Assembly (NCBI RefSeq): GCF_006345805.1
Contig: NC_042997.1
Location: 38,564,001-38,628,000, forward strand
Length of the DNA stretch: 64,000 nt
Reading direction: 5' to 3'
Source: Octopus sinensis
Taxonomy: Eukaryota
Position numbers and translations under genes: made by a program. This document shows positions 38,022 through 51,636 of this stretch, piece by piece. The notes beneath the pieces are model-generated. The model was given only the letters and a program-made list of their open reading frames with translations. It was not told where the DNA came from and did no database searches. How positions within the stretch are numbered: position 1 is the stretch's first letter; each line of letters opens with the position of its first letter.

Positions 38022-38812
38022 TCATATGGACAGGCAGACAGGCAGACTGACAGGCAGACTGACAGGCAGCAAAATAGCCATATAGATAAAGATATGTAAT
38101 GATAAGGAAGAATTTTGAAGTACTTAACCCAAATAACTATCAAGATGCAAGTAAAAATAATCCAAATTTAAGGCTAGCAGCATGTAACCAGTGTGAAAGT
38201 AGGACAATATAAGACAATTAGTGAGGAATAAGTGCAGTAAACAAAAAGCTTACAACAGCTGCCTTTTAGATGATGAGCATATATTTTTTTCTACTCTTGG
38301 CACAAAGCCCAAAATTTGGTGGTAGGAGGCCAGTCGATTTGATCGATCCTAGTACGTAACTGGTACTTGATTTATCGACCCCGAAAGGATGAAAAGGCAA
38401 AATCGACCTCAAAAGGATGAAAAGGCAAAGTCGACCTCGGCGGAATTTGAACTCAGAACGTAAACACAGACGAAGTACCGTAAAGACAGACGAAATACAA
38501 GATGAGCGTATATTACTATGACTCGACATAAATTTTGCTGTTTGGCACCAGGTCAACATTATCAAGCTGGTCGAAGAATTTCCAGTATGATCATCCCCTT
38601 TTGGTTTTCTTTTTTCTTTTACTTTTTCAAACATAGTTTTTCTTGAACTACAGTGTATGAACTACAGTGTATCCTTCATATTTCTTGCAAAACTATAAGG
38701 CAGAGTTAACAAAGGTTAAAGTATATTTAGTCATTATTTTAGCAGGTCGAAGTGAAGCCCTATCCTTGATTCGACAACATATTGAAGACGAATTACAGCG
38801 CATGGAAACATA

Positions 38813-39230
38813 GGCGTAGGAGTGGCTGTGTGGTACGTAGCTTTTTTACCAGCCACATGGTTCCGGGTTCAGTCCCACTGCATGGCACCTTGGGCTAGTG
38901 TCTTCTACTATAGCCTCGGGCCGACCAAAAGCCTTGTGAGTGGATTTGGTAGACGGAAACTCAAAGAAGCCCGTCGTATATATGTATATATATATATGCG
39001 TGTGTGTGTTTGTGTGTCTGTGCTTGTCCCCCTAGCATTGCTTGACAACCGATGCTGGTGTGTTTATGTCCCCGTTACTTAGCGGTTCGGCAAAAAAAGA
39101 GACCGATAGAATAAGTACTGGGCTTACAAAAGAATAAGTCCCGGGGTCGAGTTGCTTGATTAGAGGTAGTGCTCCAGCATGGCCGCAGTCAAATGACTGA
39201 AACAAGTAAAAGAGTAAAAGAGAAAAGAGA
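38813..39230 (+). mobile_element. SINE family A copy
   Basis: Full-length match to other family A copies. Confidence 0.9.
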
Positions 39231-39429
39231 GAGAATAACACCTTCATACGAGAATTGTAATTTAGTCACGAATATTATTCTCCCAATCTGTAAAAATAGA
39301 TTTATAAATTATTTAAGGATTAATTAATTCAACCTCTATCATGCGTATAAATCAGTCATATTTATTCTTGATTTACTATCAGTTTTCATGTCATCTCTTT
39401 TCACTTTCTCACTCTTAGTATCTCAAGGT

Positions 39430-39900
39430 TTTTCTTCTTTTTTTTCTCACTCACCTTGTCTCTCTCTCTTACTCTCTTCCTCCCTCTTTCTCCCTTTCCT
39501 TCCCTCTTTATCCTTCTTTTTCTTTCCCCACTCCTCTCTCTCTCTCTCTCCTCCTCCTCTTGCTTTCCCGAAGTCTTTGGTGTTTACCTCACCCTTAGTC
39601 CAAATGTTCGTTCTCCCTTTCCCTCATTCTTATCATACTATTTCTACTTCAATCCAAAATCTTGCTACTGTTTCTTGTTTTCCTTCTTCCTTCCCTTCAT
39701 TCTTTCTTTCTTTCTCCCTAGCTTGCTTTCCTTTCTTCTTTCTTTTCTTCTCCTCTCTCTCTCCTCTCTCTCCCTCTTTCTTTCTCTCTCCTCTCTCTCT
39801 CTCACACTGTTTGTCTCTCTCCCTCTCTTTCACTCTGTGTCTCTCTCCACTCCTTTTTCCATTCGTTTCTCTCTCTCTCTTTTTCTCTTTCTCTCTCATG
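39430..39900. repeat. CT-rich polypyrimidine low-complexity tract
   Basis: Directly visible. Confidence 0.85.
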
Positions 39901-41081
39901 ATTACATAGTCATGAGAAGATTATAATTGTGTAAGCTAGTAGCAAATTTTCTTGCGTAGTAAAATCAACTTCCTCAAAACCTTGGATATTGTATTCATTA
40001 TACAAAACCCCTTTCTAAAGACAGACTCAATAATATATGTATGCAAAGCATCTCGTGTTACAGAAACTCGTTTTACAGAATCTTGCACATACGGAAATTC
40101 TAAGATATGATCACTAATTTCGGGATACGTTCTATAATTTCGCACTCCAGAAATTTGGGTAAATAATAGTAATTTTAAATGCAAGCAATGTTTCAATTGT
40201 CACTCGAACGTACGCATTTTCTCTTCAAATTCTCCATTTGTTCGCACACCAGCTCCATGGATCTTAGTCTTTCCACTAATTTTGATCAAACATAAATTCC
40301 TCCCACACACACCTACCCATTCACTCTTCTTCACCCTTGACTTTCAAAGTGCATTTACGACCCAAGTAATAATACGACTCATTTCCTTAGGACGTAGAAC
40401 ATTGCTACTTTCCTTGGCTTCCAATTTCTGGAGGATTACTTGCTTGTTACTGCTTCTGTTGTATTTAACTCTTGATGCTTTGGAAACAGTATTGTATATG
40501 ACAATAAAAAAATATCAGCTAAAAGTGAAGGCAGTATTACTGAAAGGGATTTTTTCAAAGAGTTGCGCTGGGATTCAAACATGATGCTTTAGAAAAGTTT
40601 GAAACGGAAAATACAACCATATTGCAAAGTCTATAGTAGGAATAATACACGATAATAAAAAAAGTTATGCCGTATACTCAAGAAACTACGACGTTAGATG
40701 CCCAAATATTGTTTTTCATACATTTGAGTATGTGGATTGACGGCTTTTGAGTGTGTGGATTGATGATTAGATTGGATGTAATGTGCGAATAAACACGATG
40801 GTCATACAAGACAAAGTTCAAGGTCTGTAAGGCAATTTCCAAACAGAAAAATGGAAAATTATGCAAAACCATTTTCTTGAAAGTTAAAGCTAGTTTATTT
40901 TTAAGAGGTCTCTTAATTTGTATGCCGTTGAAATTACCAGTGACGCTACCATTGTTGAAACAGTGACGGCCGTTAATTATCTGCTTGTGAAAATTATTAC
41001 TGAATGAAGATAAGTGTGTGTGTGAGAGAGTGTATGCGTGTGTGTGTGTGTGTGTGTGTGTGTGGTTGAGAAACCTCAATC

Positions 41082-41127
41082 AAAACTGTCCAACGAACGG
41101 TATCGTGAAACTCTGAGTAGCAGTTTT
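41082..41127 (+). ncRNA. Hammerhead-fold motif with a mutated core
   Basis: AAAACTGT-CCAACGA-ACG-GTAT-CGT-GAAA-CTC-T-GAG-TA-GCAGTTTT: all three stems are intact, but the core deviates from CUGANGA at positions 4-5. Confidence 0.6.
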
Positions 41128-41175
41128 TTTTTATGTCTTTGCAGCTTTATTAATAAAACCATATATAAACAAACT

Positions 41176-41207
<32 letters not shown>

Positions 41208-41306
41208 AATATATATATATACACACACACATATATATATATATATAGTAGAGTAGTAAAGTTTTATGAAGCATTGTCTCATATATATAACCTTATGATT
41301 ATAGTT

Positions 41307-41375
<69 letters not shown>

Positions 41376-42278
41376 GTGTGTGTAAAATAGAAGGCAGTGC
41401 ATGGCCTAGTGGTAAGGGTATTGCACTCATGATGCAGTGACCGTGGCTTCAATTCCTGGACCGGGTAGTGCGTTGTGTTCCTGGGCAAAACATTTCACCT
41501 CAGATCGCTCTGCCATCATTTCGAGACCTTACACCGTGCACCTGTTCAAACAACGTCAATTCGATGCATGGAGTAAGCTAATGTACAAACACATACAGCT
41601 AATTATTATAAACAAATCATTTTGAAGTTTGTTTGGCAAAGAATTTTTGAGCTAGCGAACAGCTGCCGCGTCGCATTCTTTTGAATTTTCTCGGCGTCTT
41701 GAAATCTTGTTGGTGTTTTCAACTGCGAAGGCTGAACCTCGGTTCTTGGGTCGTAGCCATAGACCCACGATCAGTCACCTGTTTTGACCGATTTCAAAAG
41801 CGATGCCGAAATCCTATCTACTCTTTGAGACAACCACACTCTATGCACTTTACTTCAAAGCACTGCCCTAAGCAACAGGAGTGAGTGAGACAGTTATAAC
41901 CAAGTGCGCATGTGCAACAGAGTTCAAGGTCAATCTGTGCCAAGGGTATTCACTCTGTGTACTTTATTTCCGTTACCATCGCAACAGTCCCGATACTTTT
42001 TGATTATACCTCGTATATGTATGTATTGATGTTTGCTTTCACATCGAATGTCAATACAAACAATTTAATGGTAAGCTGACGGATTATTTAATACATTTTC
42101 TGGAGTAAATATTTATTAAACACTTACGAGAATATTAGCGACAGTGAATTCCAACTTTCGGTTTGCTAAAATCTTGAACTTTGAATTCTCTCTCGTTATT
42201 ATCTTGTAAATGTATTACATATATATATATATATATATAATATATATATTCACACGCATAATACATATAGACATTATA

Positions 42279-42362
42279 CCGAAAAAAAGACAAAACGTTT
42301 CAATAACCATTATAATTTATAATGGTTATAACGGTATTGAAAAGTTTTGTCTTTTTTTTCGG
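42279..42362. repeat. Short imperfect palindrome between (TA)n tracts
   Basis: CCGAAAAAAAGACAAAAC...CCATTATAA-T-TTATAATGG...GTTTTGTCTTTTTTTTCGG. Confidence 0.75.
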
Positions 42363-42503
42363 CATATTTGGCATTAATAATTTTTCTTTTGCCCTTATCT
42401 TGTAAATTATTTATAAATTTAACCTTTAAAGGTATTTTTTGATATGCTGGCCATTGATAACATTTTTTTCCCGAAAAAATTTTATCCTACATTAGTTATA
42501 TAC

Positions 42504-42562
<59 letters not shown>

Positions 42563-42654
42563 TATAATATATATATACTAATACAATTGTTCGTTTGTTT
42601 TCCACCTGCCTTCGTCTTTTGTTTATTTTCATAAGCTTCCCGTTATATATATAT

Positions 42655-42689
<35 letters not shown>

Positions 42690-42695
<6 letters not shown>

Positions 42696-43222
42696 TCAAT
42701 ATCAGGGTAGCAAAAAATTCAAGATACATTTTTTTCGCCCCCAGCGGTCCAGTGAGAAAGAAAATAGTCAACAGATGATATAATGTACATTCAACAATAT
42801 TAAGGAATGGCCTTGATAGGCCATTCGACCCACTAGAAAGAGCAGCTAAACTCAAACCGCTAAGTAGTTGTAATTCAGAAACCAAAGGAAAATAAAAACA
42901 TTTAGCCTTATCATCTTTAGACTATGCATAGTTTCGACATACATCTTGGCAAAGCGATCTAATTAAATTAAATTAAATCTATTTGCCACTGGCCTGTCTC
43001 GTCAGCAAAGAAGCCAGGGAAATATATATTCACGTGGCGACAGCATCGACGCCTTGAAATATATATTCTGAATTTTCAAAATCTACCGTCACTGCGCCAC
43101 CTTATTAGCAGCAAATATAAACTGCTGATTTAATTTCAGAATTAGTCAAAAAAATCATTAATTAATCAATATCCGTTTGGTTTCTGAATTACAACTACTT
43201 AGCGGTTTGAGTCTAGCTGTTA
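42690..43222 (-). mobile_element. (TA)n-flanked non-coding element with 44-bp inverted arms enclosing a hammerhead
   Basis: Arms 42843-42886 and 43176-43219 are reverse complements; (TA)n lies on both sides. Confidence 0.75.
42914..43011 (-). ncRNA. Canonical type I hammerhead ribozyme with an extended stem II
   Basis: Minus strand reads TCTTTG-CTGACGA-GACA...TGTC-GAAA-CTATGCATAG-TC-TAAAGA; stem III is the palindrome ACTATGCATAGT; GUC cleavage site. Confidence 0.88.
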
Positions 43223-43241
43223 TATAATATATATATATATT

Positions 43242-43277
<36 letters not shown>

Positions 43278-44047
43278 GATCTACTACATATGTGGGTGGA
43301 AACTTCTGTCTTGGGTGTGTTTGTGGAGTTGTTGCTTACACTCCTCCTACATCGTGTTATTGATTCTGATTAAACTTTACACGTGAGTAGAACACATGTC
43401 TGGAAACCTCATGGCATACTCAGATTGTTGAAAAATTGTTGAAACAATGCTTATTTCTTAGCATTTGAACTGTTAGTATTATTCTCGCAATTTATCCAGT
43501 ACAACCCCTGAACAAGTAAATAGTATTTTCCTAAATAATAGATCCACTTATTTCGGTTAGTGACTTATTCACGAATATACCAACACTAGCGTCACTAAGA
43601 GTAATATTCTCTGGGAACGCGCAAAACCCCTTTCAGAGTTATTTACTTTGAATTGTTATCTTATATCTGATTAGCCTGTTATTACGTAACATGCTTCGCG
43701 ATTTTAGCACACATACCTTGTTAGTACTTTCTCCTAAGGTCTATATACTCTGGGAACGCATTAAATACTTTTTCAGGGCTAAATATTTTTGTATTGTTGA
43801 GAACGGAACCAAGGGATCATTCCCGCTTTCCTGAGAATTACTGTGTACGTCAGCTAGTGTATATATATATATATATATATATATAGGGGAGAGTTCACGA
43901 AAACACAAAAGTCGAAGACAGGTGGTGTACAAAGCAAACAGATGTATTAGTATAAGGCTCAAGAATAGACAAAGTCTTTTACGTTTCGAGCCTACACCTC
44001 TTCTACAGAAAGGGACACAGAAAAATTTATATATATCTATTATATAT

Positions 44048-44123
<76 letters not shown>

Positions 44124-44129
44124 GAGATC

Positions 44130-44184
<55 letters not shown>

Positions 44185-44869
44185 GTATCATATATATACA
44201 TCGTAATATAAGAGGGTAAAATATAAGGTATCTATTAAGTATTGCACGCATTACCTGAAATAGAAATCGGTGCACTGGGTAGACTGAATAAATATCTTCA
44301 TTACATCACAATTTGATATTCTACTCAGGTTTTCATACCAGACTAGGTTGCTGAAGAATGTCGTGAACAGTCCATCCCAGTGGGTAACTCTGAAGGACCT
44401 CTCCAACGTTGACATAAACATATATCCACTCAATATAGTGAATTCAGTTTTACGTCAGATAATGTTCTAACTAATTAGAATGCATACTTGATAATTTACA
44501 ACTTTTATATTACCTGGTGTGTGTGTGTGTGTATGTTTGCGAATGCGCATGTGTTTCGGTGAAGTATTCAGTGACGTTATGTGAAACGTGAATTGAAATT
44601 AAAGCAATTACAACATGGAAGATATACATTAGCAATTCAGAAGTATAATAGCTGTTAATTTCGCTTAATCATTTATTATTTGGTGTCCAAATTTTTCGTC
44701 GCATTATCTGCGACCTGCTTGCTGATACACTTCAACTGTAAGCAAGAACAGTGTCGGTGAAGAGACTGCAGATAGGACGTTGAAAATTTTGACACCAAAT
44801 AATAAATGATTAAGTAAATGTGACGGTTTTTGCGAAAATCTGTTCAGATCTTTACATTAGTTTACGACT

Positions 44870-44908
44870 GTCCTAATGAACCTTGCCGGGGTGAAACTCT
44901 GAGTAGAC
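44870..44908 (+). ncRNA. Hammerhead motif with a G5A core change
   Basis: GTC-CTAATGA-ACC-TTGCCGG-GGT-GAAA-CTC-T-GAG-TA-GAC; lies just downstream of the inverted repeat 44664-44712/44768-44814. Confidence 0.65.
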
Positions 44909-44977
44909 TTTCGAGTACGTGTGTGCGTGTACGTATGGGCGCGCTGTATGTTATATATATTTTTTTTTCTACGAGCA

Positions 44978-45175
44978 GATCTGAGTTTGATTCGTTAAAA
45001 AATTGAAGACGTTTTTCTTCCGTGGTCAAACTTGTCGTTCTGCTTGGTTGGTTTCCTTACAGGATACAGTTATGGGTCAGAGCTGATTTTGATTCGTTAA
45101 AAAATTGATGACGTTTTTCTTCCGCGGTCAAGCTTGTCGTTCTACTTGGTTGGTTTCCTTACAGGATACAGTTGG
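44978..45175. repeat. Tandem duplication of a ~100-bp segment
   Basis: TTTGATTCGTTAAAAAATTGA...GGTTTCCTTACAGGATACAGTT is present twice. Confidence 0.85.
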
Positions 45176-45617
45176 GGGTCTTTACCTTGTATTCGTTGAA
45201 GTTTGGTTTTGATTGGTTTGGAATTATGTGACGTCAGTGAACAGTGCCAGTGAACCCACCACTTTTTGCGGCTCCGATCAACAGTCAACCCCAACCACCA
45301 CCAAGGTTGCCAAAATTACGACCAACTACTACGACCAAAAATCACTACTGTTGCTACCATTGGAACACAAAGTAACAAAAAAGCGGTTCCTTTTAATACC
45401 AGTAAGAAACAATAATGGACTTCTTCAATACACTCAACAGGTATATAGCGATTAACTGTAAGAAACGATTATGAACTTTTCAATTTTCACTTTGTATAAT
45501 ATTTTTGATAAGGTTCGAGACCAGTTAGAATTTCTCCATTAAGGTTCGAGACCGATTATGAATTTCTCCATTACACTTTTCTTCTCCATTACACTTTTTA
45601 TGATATTTTTCAATAAT

Positions 45618-45662
45618 ATTTTTGATAAGGTTCGTTTTTTCAAGAACCGAAACATGTAAAAT
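45618..45662 (+). ncRNA. Minimal hammerhead motif with a U3-A8 covariant core
   Basis: ATTT-TTGATAA-GGTTC...GAACC-GAAA-CATG-TA-AAAT; palindromic stem III ACATGT; weak stem I. Confidence 0.6.
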
Positions 45663-45718
45663 TCATAAGAAAATTAAAATTTATCTAATATAGTGGCGTT
45701 TTCAAACTTCTTTTTTAC

Positions 45719-45760
<42 letters not shown>

Positions 45761-47684
45761 GTATGTATTATATATGATACACACTTTTAGTTCAAATGTG
45801 CATCATTAAAAAGTTTATGTTTCTCTCTCTCTATTCCTTTACATTTCTCCCCCCTCCACTCTCTCTTTCTCTCTTTGTTTTTCTGTCACATGACCTTTTA
45901 AAGTATCACATCCCACATGGATGAATGTGTTATTTTTTATGCAGCTGTTAGTCTTGTTCAGTGTATTCAAATCAATCATTTTTTCATGTATAATTTTGGG
46001 CGTATACATGTGGGCATCTGTGTGTAAGGGTGCAAGTGCATTTGAACAGATGTATACCTTCAAGAACACATAACAGTACTAAAGAAGAGAAATGTTTTCT
46101 GTCGAGATCCTACATCTGCTTGGAAAGTATTTTAACTTTAGTGAATCAAAATCGATGGGAATAAAAGTAGAAACTAATACCGCATCATTAATCTCATCTT
46201 ACTTCGTTTCGTGCCTTAAATTACTAAATATACACAACAATTTTCCTGTATTATTTACAAAGAAAATAAAATAATAAATAATTTAATAATAAACAAAATT
46301 TCGCAAAATTCTCTCGGCTCGCTGTCAATAGAGAAACACACTAATGGCTAAGCGCATGAAATATAATAGCAGCACCCTTAAGTGAGAGCTCTTAATGATG
46401 TTAGGAAAGCAAACAAATATCAAATGACACCATTGTTTCAAAATCAATTTATGGAGCTAAATGTTTGGAATAGTGTGCTCAAACGAATAACCAGAAGTGG
46501 AAATACGCTTGGATTTGAACACCTTTCATTTATCACTCTGAATCTGTTCCAAAACATTTATGAGTCTGAATGTGTTCCAATATCGTAAAGGATATTCGAA
46601 GTATAGGTCAACATTCGGTATTCCCGCTTCTGAATATCAGAACTTCGATCACTCAACAAAAAGAAATCGATAGTTTTTAACTTGTTTTTGCTTTGTTCGT
46701 TTATTTTTGTATCCTTCATATATTTACTTCATGTATTACATTCACAAGTGGGATGTTTTAAGAAGAGACAGCGTCGCTATTCATAAAGTGTATTATTCCT
46801 AGTATAACTAAAATTTTGAGGGAGACGTGAAAATAACGATGCGATCCTACAATACAAGCATTAATGTTTTGTAGTTGCACAGCTAGTTTAACAAGGCCAT
46901 AAGTGTTATCGACCTCTCGACTAATCCCAATGTCATTCCTTTATCGTAAACTGTCGAATCTTTGGCTATTTATTCGTTATCGATTCAATACCAAATCGCT
47001 TATCTGCAGCATTCAATGTCACCACATCCAATTATTTCTATGAACTAAAAATTAAATACCTATCTAATAACAAATCACTATGAAGTAATTGCCCATGTTA
47101 TGGATAATGGTGTTGGTTTTAATGTCGTTCTTCTTTTTATAGAAAACTAATCTTCCATTTGTTTTCTTATGCCAAAAATATTCTAGACGGCCAATCACTG
47201 TAAGCTTCCAGCGAACGATTTCTAATTATATTGTCCCGCAGAAATGATTCTTTCAGTAATTTCGGCCATAAATTTAGTAAGAGAAATTTTACTTTCCCGA
47301 ATACTATTTTCGAGAATATTCTTCCATGTTTCCTGAAATAATTGAATTCTACAGTATTAATTTTTTGTTGGGAAGTCTTTCTGTTTTTCAATAATCCAAC
47401 GACTGATGCGAAAATGATTTTCCATTAACTAGTGGTTTAAATTGGGAATCATAACTTCTATTTCACACGACACGCAAAAACACGTACACACGCATAAAAT
47501 CAGTGACGAAGGAAGAGGAAATTATGCAATGAAATTCCTTAGCTCACAGATGTTTCTGCTATGAGATGCAGTGTACTCAGAACCGAGTGCTTATGCTTCA
47601 CCTCCTAGCTTCCTCAGAGATTCTAAAATGAAATGCAACTTGATTTGGGATAGCATTTATGTATATAGAAAAAATATATATACA

Positions 47685-47718
<34 letters not shown>

Positions 47719-47945
47719 CATCGATGATCTGGCTATATCTTCGATCATAGGGAGCTGTTCCCCCTTGTTAGTTCATGAGAATAGTGCTTTTTATTGGCTA
47801 TTGAGTTGTTTTGACTCTTATTTCTAGCAATATTGGTGCTGATTAGTGCCTTTGTTCACCTTAGTGACGTATGTATTTTTGCCTTTAGGTTGTAAAATTG
47901 CGAATTAGCTACCCATATTATTTATAAACACACACACACACACAA

Positions 47946-48030
<85 letters not shown>

Positions 48031-50015
48031 GGATAACCTTCTTTGCGTATTTATGCAAACATATGTGCCTTTATATATTTATATATGTAGTTATATAAGT
48101 GAGTGCGCGTATATAATTATATGAAAAACACGTGTGCGTATACAACATGTGTGCTCATGTACGTGCGTGTATATATATATATGAGTATATATTTTTTCTT
48201 TTGTTCTGCGTGTGGATGAATATGAACTTGTTTTCGACACTGAACGCAAAAAATAATTGTTCTCGTTCATTATGTAGATTACGATCGATTTGATAAATTG
48301 GAAACAAATTATCTTGAAAAAAAAATCAATGCTAAATGTTTATTGCATGCTTTCCAGTAGAAGATTCGAAAAGCATAACGTCAAGTATACGATCGACATA
48401 AAAGAAATGAACCTAAAAATATCATCTAACACGAATCTAAAGGAAAAGAAAATCACTTCTAAAGTATTATCAGTTATTTCTGCCAACTACAGAGCATCAC
48501 AACAGGCTTTTGCTTCATCCTTAAATTTTCCTACTTGAATTTTCCAGGAAATTTCTCAAGTTTGTCTTTATTAAATAACTCATAATAATGATAAAAACGT
48601 ATAAGATAGAGTAATACCAAGGTGAATCACTAACACACGCCATTCTCACATACACATACACACTTGCCCACCTTCTTTTCTTGAAATCACTAGCACTTTA
48701 TTATCTCCCTTTTATTCAATCTACCTTCTTTTTATCCTTTTCTTCCTTTCTTTCAGCCTCTTTTTTTTTCCCAATCGTTCGCCAGGCTGGACCGTTAAAA
48801 TCTACAAGTATTTTTTTGCTTTGTTTTGTTTTGATTTTTCTTCATTTCCTCTCTGTTTATTTCCTTTTCTTCCTTTCTGTTCCAGAGCGTAGGATCGAAA
48901 AGTAAAAAACTTTTTCATTCTTTCCTAGCGTCAAACTAATATACTTGTTTGTTGTTCATACACCTGTCTTCACTTTTTGTTTTTCTATAAATTTCAACTA
49001 TATATATATATATATATATATAATTGTTCGTTTGTTTTCCACCTGCCTTCGTCTTTTGTTTATTTTCATAAAGCTTCCCGTTATATATATATATATATAT
49101 ATAATGCTTATACGTGCCGCAATGCGTGCATTGCATTAAACAGTACAATAGATTACTTAGTTGACCATTACAATGCAACTTAACCAATATGGATTTTTCA
49201 AATGGCATACGTCTGACTATTATCTGAAAAATTAAGATTTGAAAAATCCGTGCAGATATGGTCGATTAATTTATCCGTTATACTCTTCAACGCACATGTA
49301 TTCGACAATGGTATTGATTTCCCTTTGCACTTGTATACCTTTATACATGCATATATACATAATATGTGCGCTTGTATATATATATTATATATATATATTG
49401 AGAAAGAGAGAGAGATTTAGCTGTCTAACGATAATTTTCGTAGACTCAAATGTAATTTCATTTCCTTTCTCAAGAAATTCAGTAAAACTACCAGGTGCAA
49501 CACTATTCATTCGATTTATATGCAAAAGAAGAGAAAATTTACAACAGCATATGCAAAAATTCTATGGACAGCTAAAGTCTATTTATATCACTTTGCAACA
49601 CGTTTTAATGATTTCGTTTTTGATTTATCCTTATAAATAACTTCATCGTTTTGTAGAAGCTTCGTTTCTACAACTTCCTGATCTCTGTGTCTTTCCCCTC
49701 TCTTTTATCTCTCTCACTCTCTCTTCCCCTTCTCTCTTGTTTCTCTCCATTTTTGTCCACCTTTTACCACCTACGAATCTACATCCTATTCACCTTTACT
49801 TTTGTTGTTCTTGAATCTTCACTTACCTTGTCCTGCAGTCGTAGGATGGATGTGGGCGTGCGAACGCACTCGGAATACTTGTTTTGTCCCTTCCTGATAG
49901 CCACATTTTGTAGTCTCCGTTTCAGCTGTGCATATTACATTCTTACATCCTTTATAGTGTTTACAGATATATCGAACAACTGTCACGATATCAGCATTTT
50001 GATAGCTGACACGAA

Positions 50016-50395
50016 GGGAAGCACTCCGTCGATTACCACGACGAGGGTCCCGGTTGATCCGAATCAACGGAACAGCCTGCTCGTGAAATTAACGTGTAAG
50101 TGGCTGAGCACTCCACAGACACGTGTACCCTTAACGTAGTTCTCGGGGATATTCAGCGTTACACAGAGAGTGACAAGGCCGGCCTCTTGAAATACAGGTA
50201 CAACAGAAACAGGAAGTAAGAGAAAGTTGTGGTGAAAGAGTACAGCAGGGATCACCACCATCCCCTGCCGGAGCCTCGTGGAGCTTTTAGGTGTTTTCGC
50301 TCAATAAACACTCACAACGCCCAGTCTGGGAATCGAAACCGAGATCCTATGGCCGCGAGTCCGCTGCCCTAACTACTGGGCCATTGCGCTACCAC
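50016..50395 (-). mobile_element. SINE family B (tail type 2) copy
   Basis: Reverse complement of 4279-4666; 12-bp TSD AGCTGACACGAA (50004-50015, 50396-50407). Confidence 0.9.
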
Positions 50396-50633
50396 AGCTG
50401 ACACGAATCATCATAACACAAGTAACTCTTTTCCAATATTCAGATGATTTTTAATCCTCCACATGAGCAAGCTTTTTCTCAACTATAACTTTAATTTTTA
50501 TGCCCTCCAACGTCGTTGACTGTTCCCCCAATGCGTTGAGCTGTTCCTAAAAAGAGGGAGCCATAAAAATTCGTTAAATCTGAGACCAAACACTCCGTTT
50601 ATAAAGAAAACTTACGAAGAGTATACACATATA

Positions 50634-51050
50634 GGCGCAGGAATAGCTGTGTGGTAAGTAGCTTGCTAACCAGCCACATGGTTCCGAGTTCAGTCCCACT
50701 GCGTGGCATCTTGGGCAAGTGTCTTCTGCTATAGCCCCGGGCCGACCAATGTCTTGTGAGTGGATTTGGTAGACGGAAACTGAAAGAAGCTTGTCGTATA
50801 TATGTATATATTATATGTATGTGTGTGTGTTTGTGTGTCTGTGTTTTGTCCCCCTAGCATTGCTTGACAACCGATGCTGGGTGTTTTACGTCCCCGTCAC
50901 TTGCGGTTCGGCAAAAGAGACCGCGATAGAATAAGTACTGGGCTTACAAAGAATAAGTCCCGGGGTCGAGTTGCTCGACTAAAGGCGGTGCTCCAGCATG
51001 GCCGCAGTCAAATGACTGAAACAAGTAAAAGAGTAAAAGAGTAAAAGAGT
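50634..51050 (+). mobile_element. SINE family A copy
   Basis: Full-length match to other family A copies. Confidence 0.9.
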
Positions 51051-51243
51051 ATATATGTATAGATGTATAATTTTGGTTTCATTATTTTTATATTTATGTT
51101 TATATTGGTTATAGTATATACTTCCTTTTCTCTTTATGTGAATGTGTTTATATATTACTTGTTTTTTCATTCCTTTATATATGCATCATTGTTACATATC
51201 CGTTAGCATTCACTGTTTTCGTAAGTTTGACTTTATAAGATCA

Positions 51244-51636
51244 CTAGCAGTATCACCCTGCGTTGCTCAGGTTTGTTTCGACCTTTTAGAATTGGAATTT
51301 TTGAAAAGTAAAAATTATCCATTATGTAGCTTGTTATTCTCTTTAAGTGAACGTTTTTCTGGTTGAAATACACCGAAAAATGGCGAAACAGCAGTCAAAA
51401 GATCGTAAAAAATAGAGATTTTCATAGAAAAAAAAGCATCTTTTTGATTTAAATGAGTTTTGGTGTTAACATGGTCCGATTTGAATTTTTTCTTCTACGG
51501 AATGCAGAGCAAGCCTTCTTCTATCATACTCTCAAATTTGATCAACTTGTGCCGCAGGGTCTCGGAGGAGATAGTGTTAGTTGAAGGCTACCAAACCTGC
51601 CATACACAGGCAACTTCAGCTTTATATATAAAGAGA
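51244..51636 (-). mobile_element. Non-autonomous Helitron
   Basis: Minus strand starts TCTCTTTATATATAAA and ends CCTGAGCAACGCAGGGTGATACTGCTAG, inserted between A and T; the 3' end is shared with 6597-6980. Confidence 0.8.

Noticed and set aside
39388-39926. S/L/F-rich and E/R/K-rich ORFs
   Set aside because: These are translations of a CT-rich low-complexity tract.
44251-44433. Minus-strand exon ending CAG|GTAATG
   Set aside because: There is no clear acceptor and no recognisable protein similarity.
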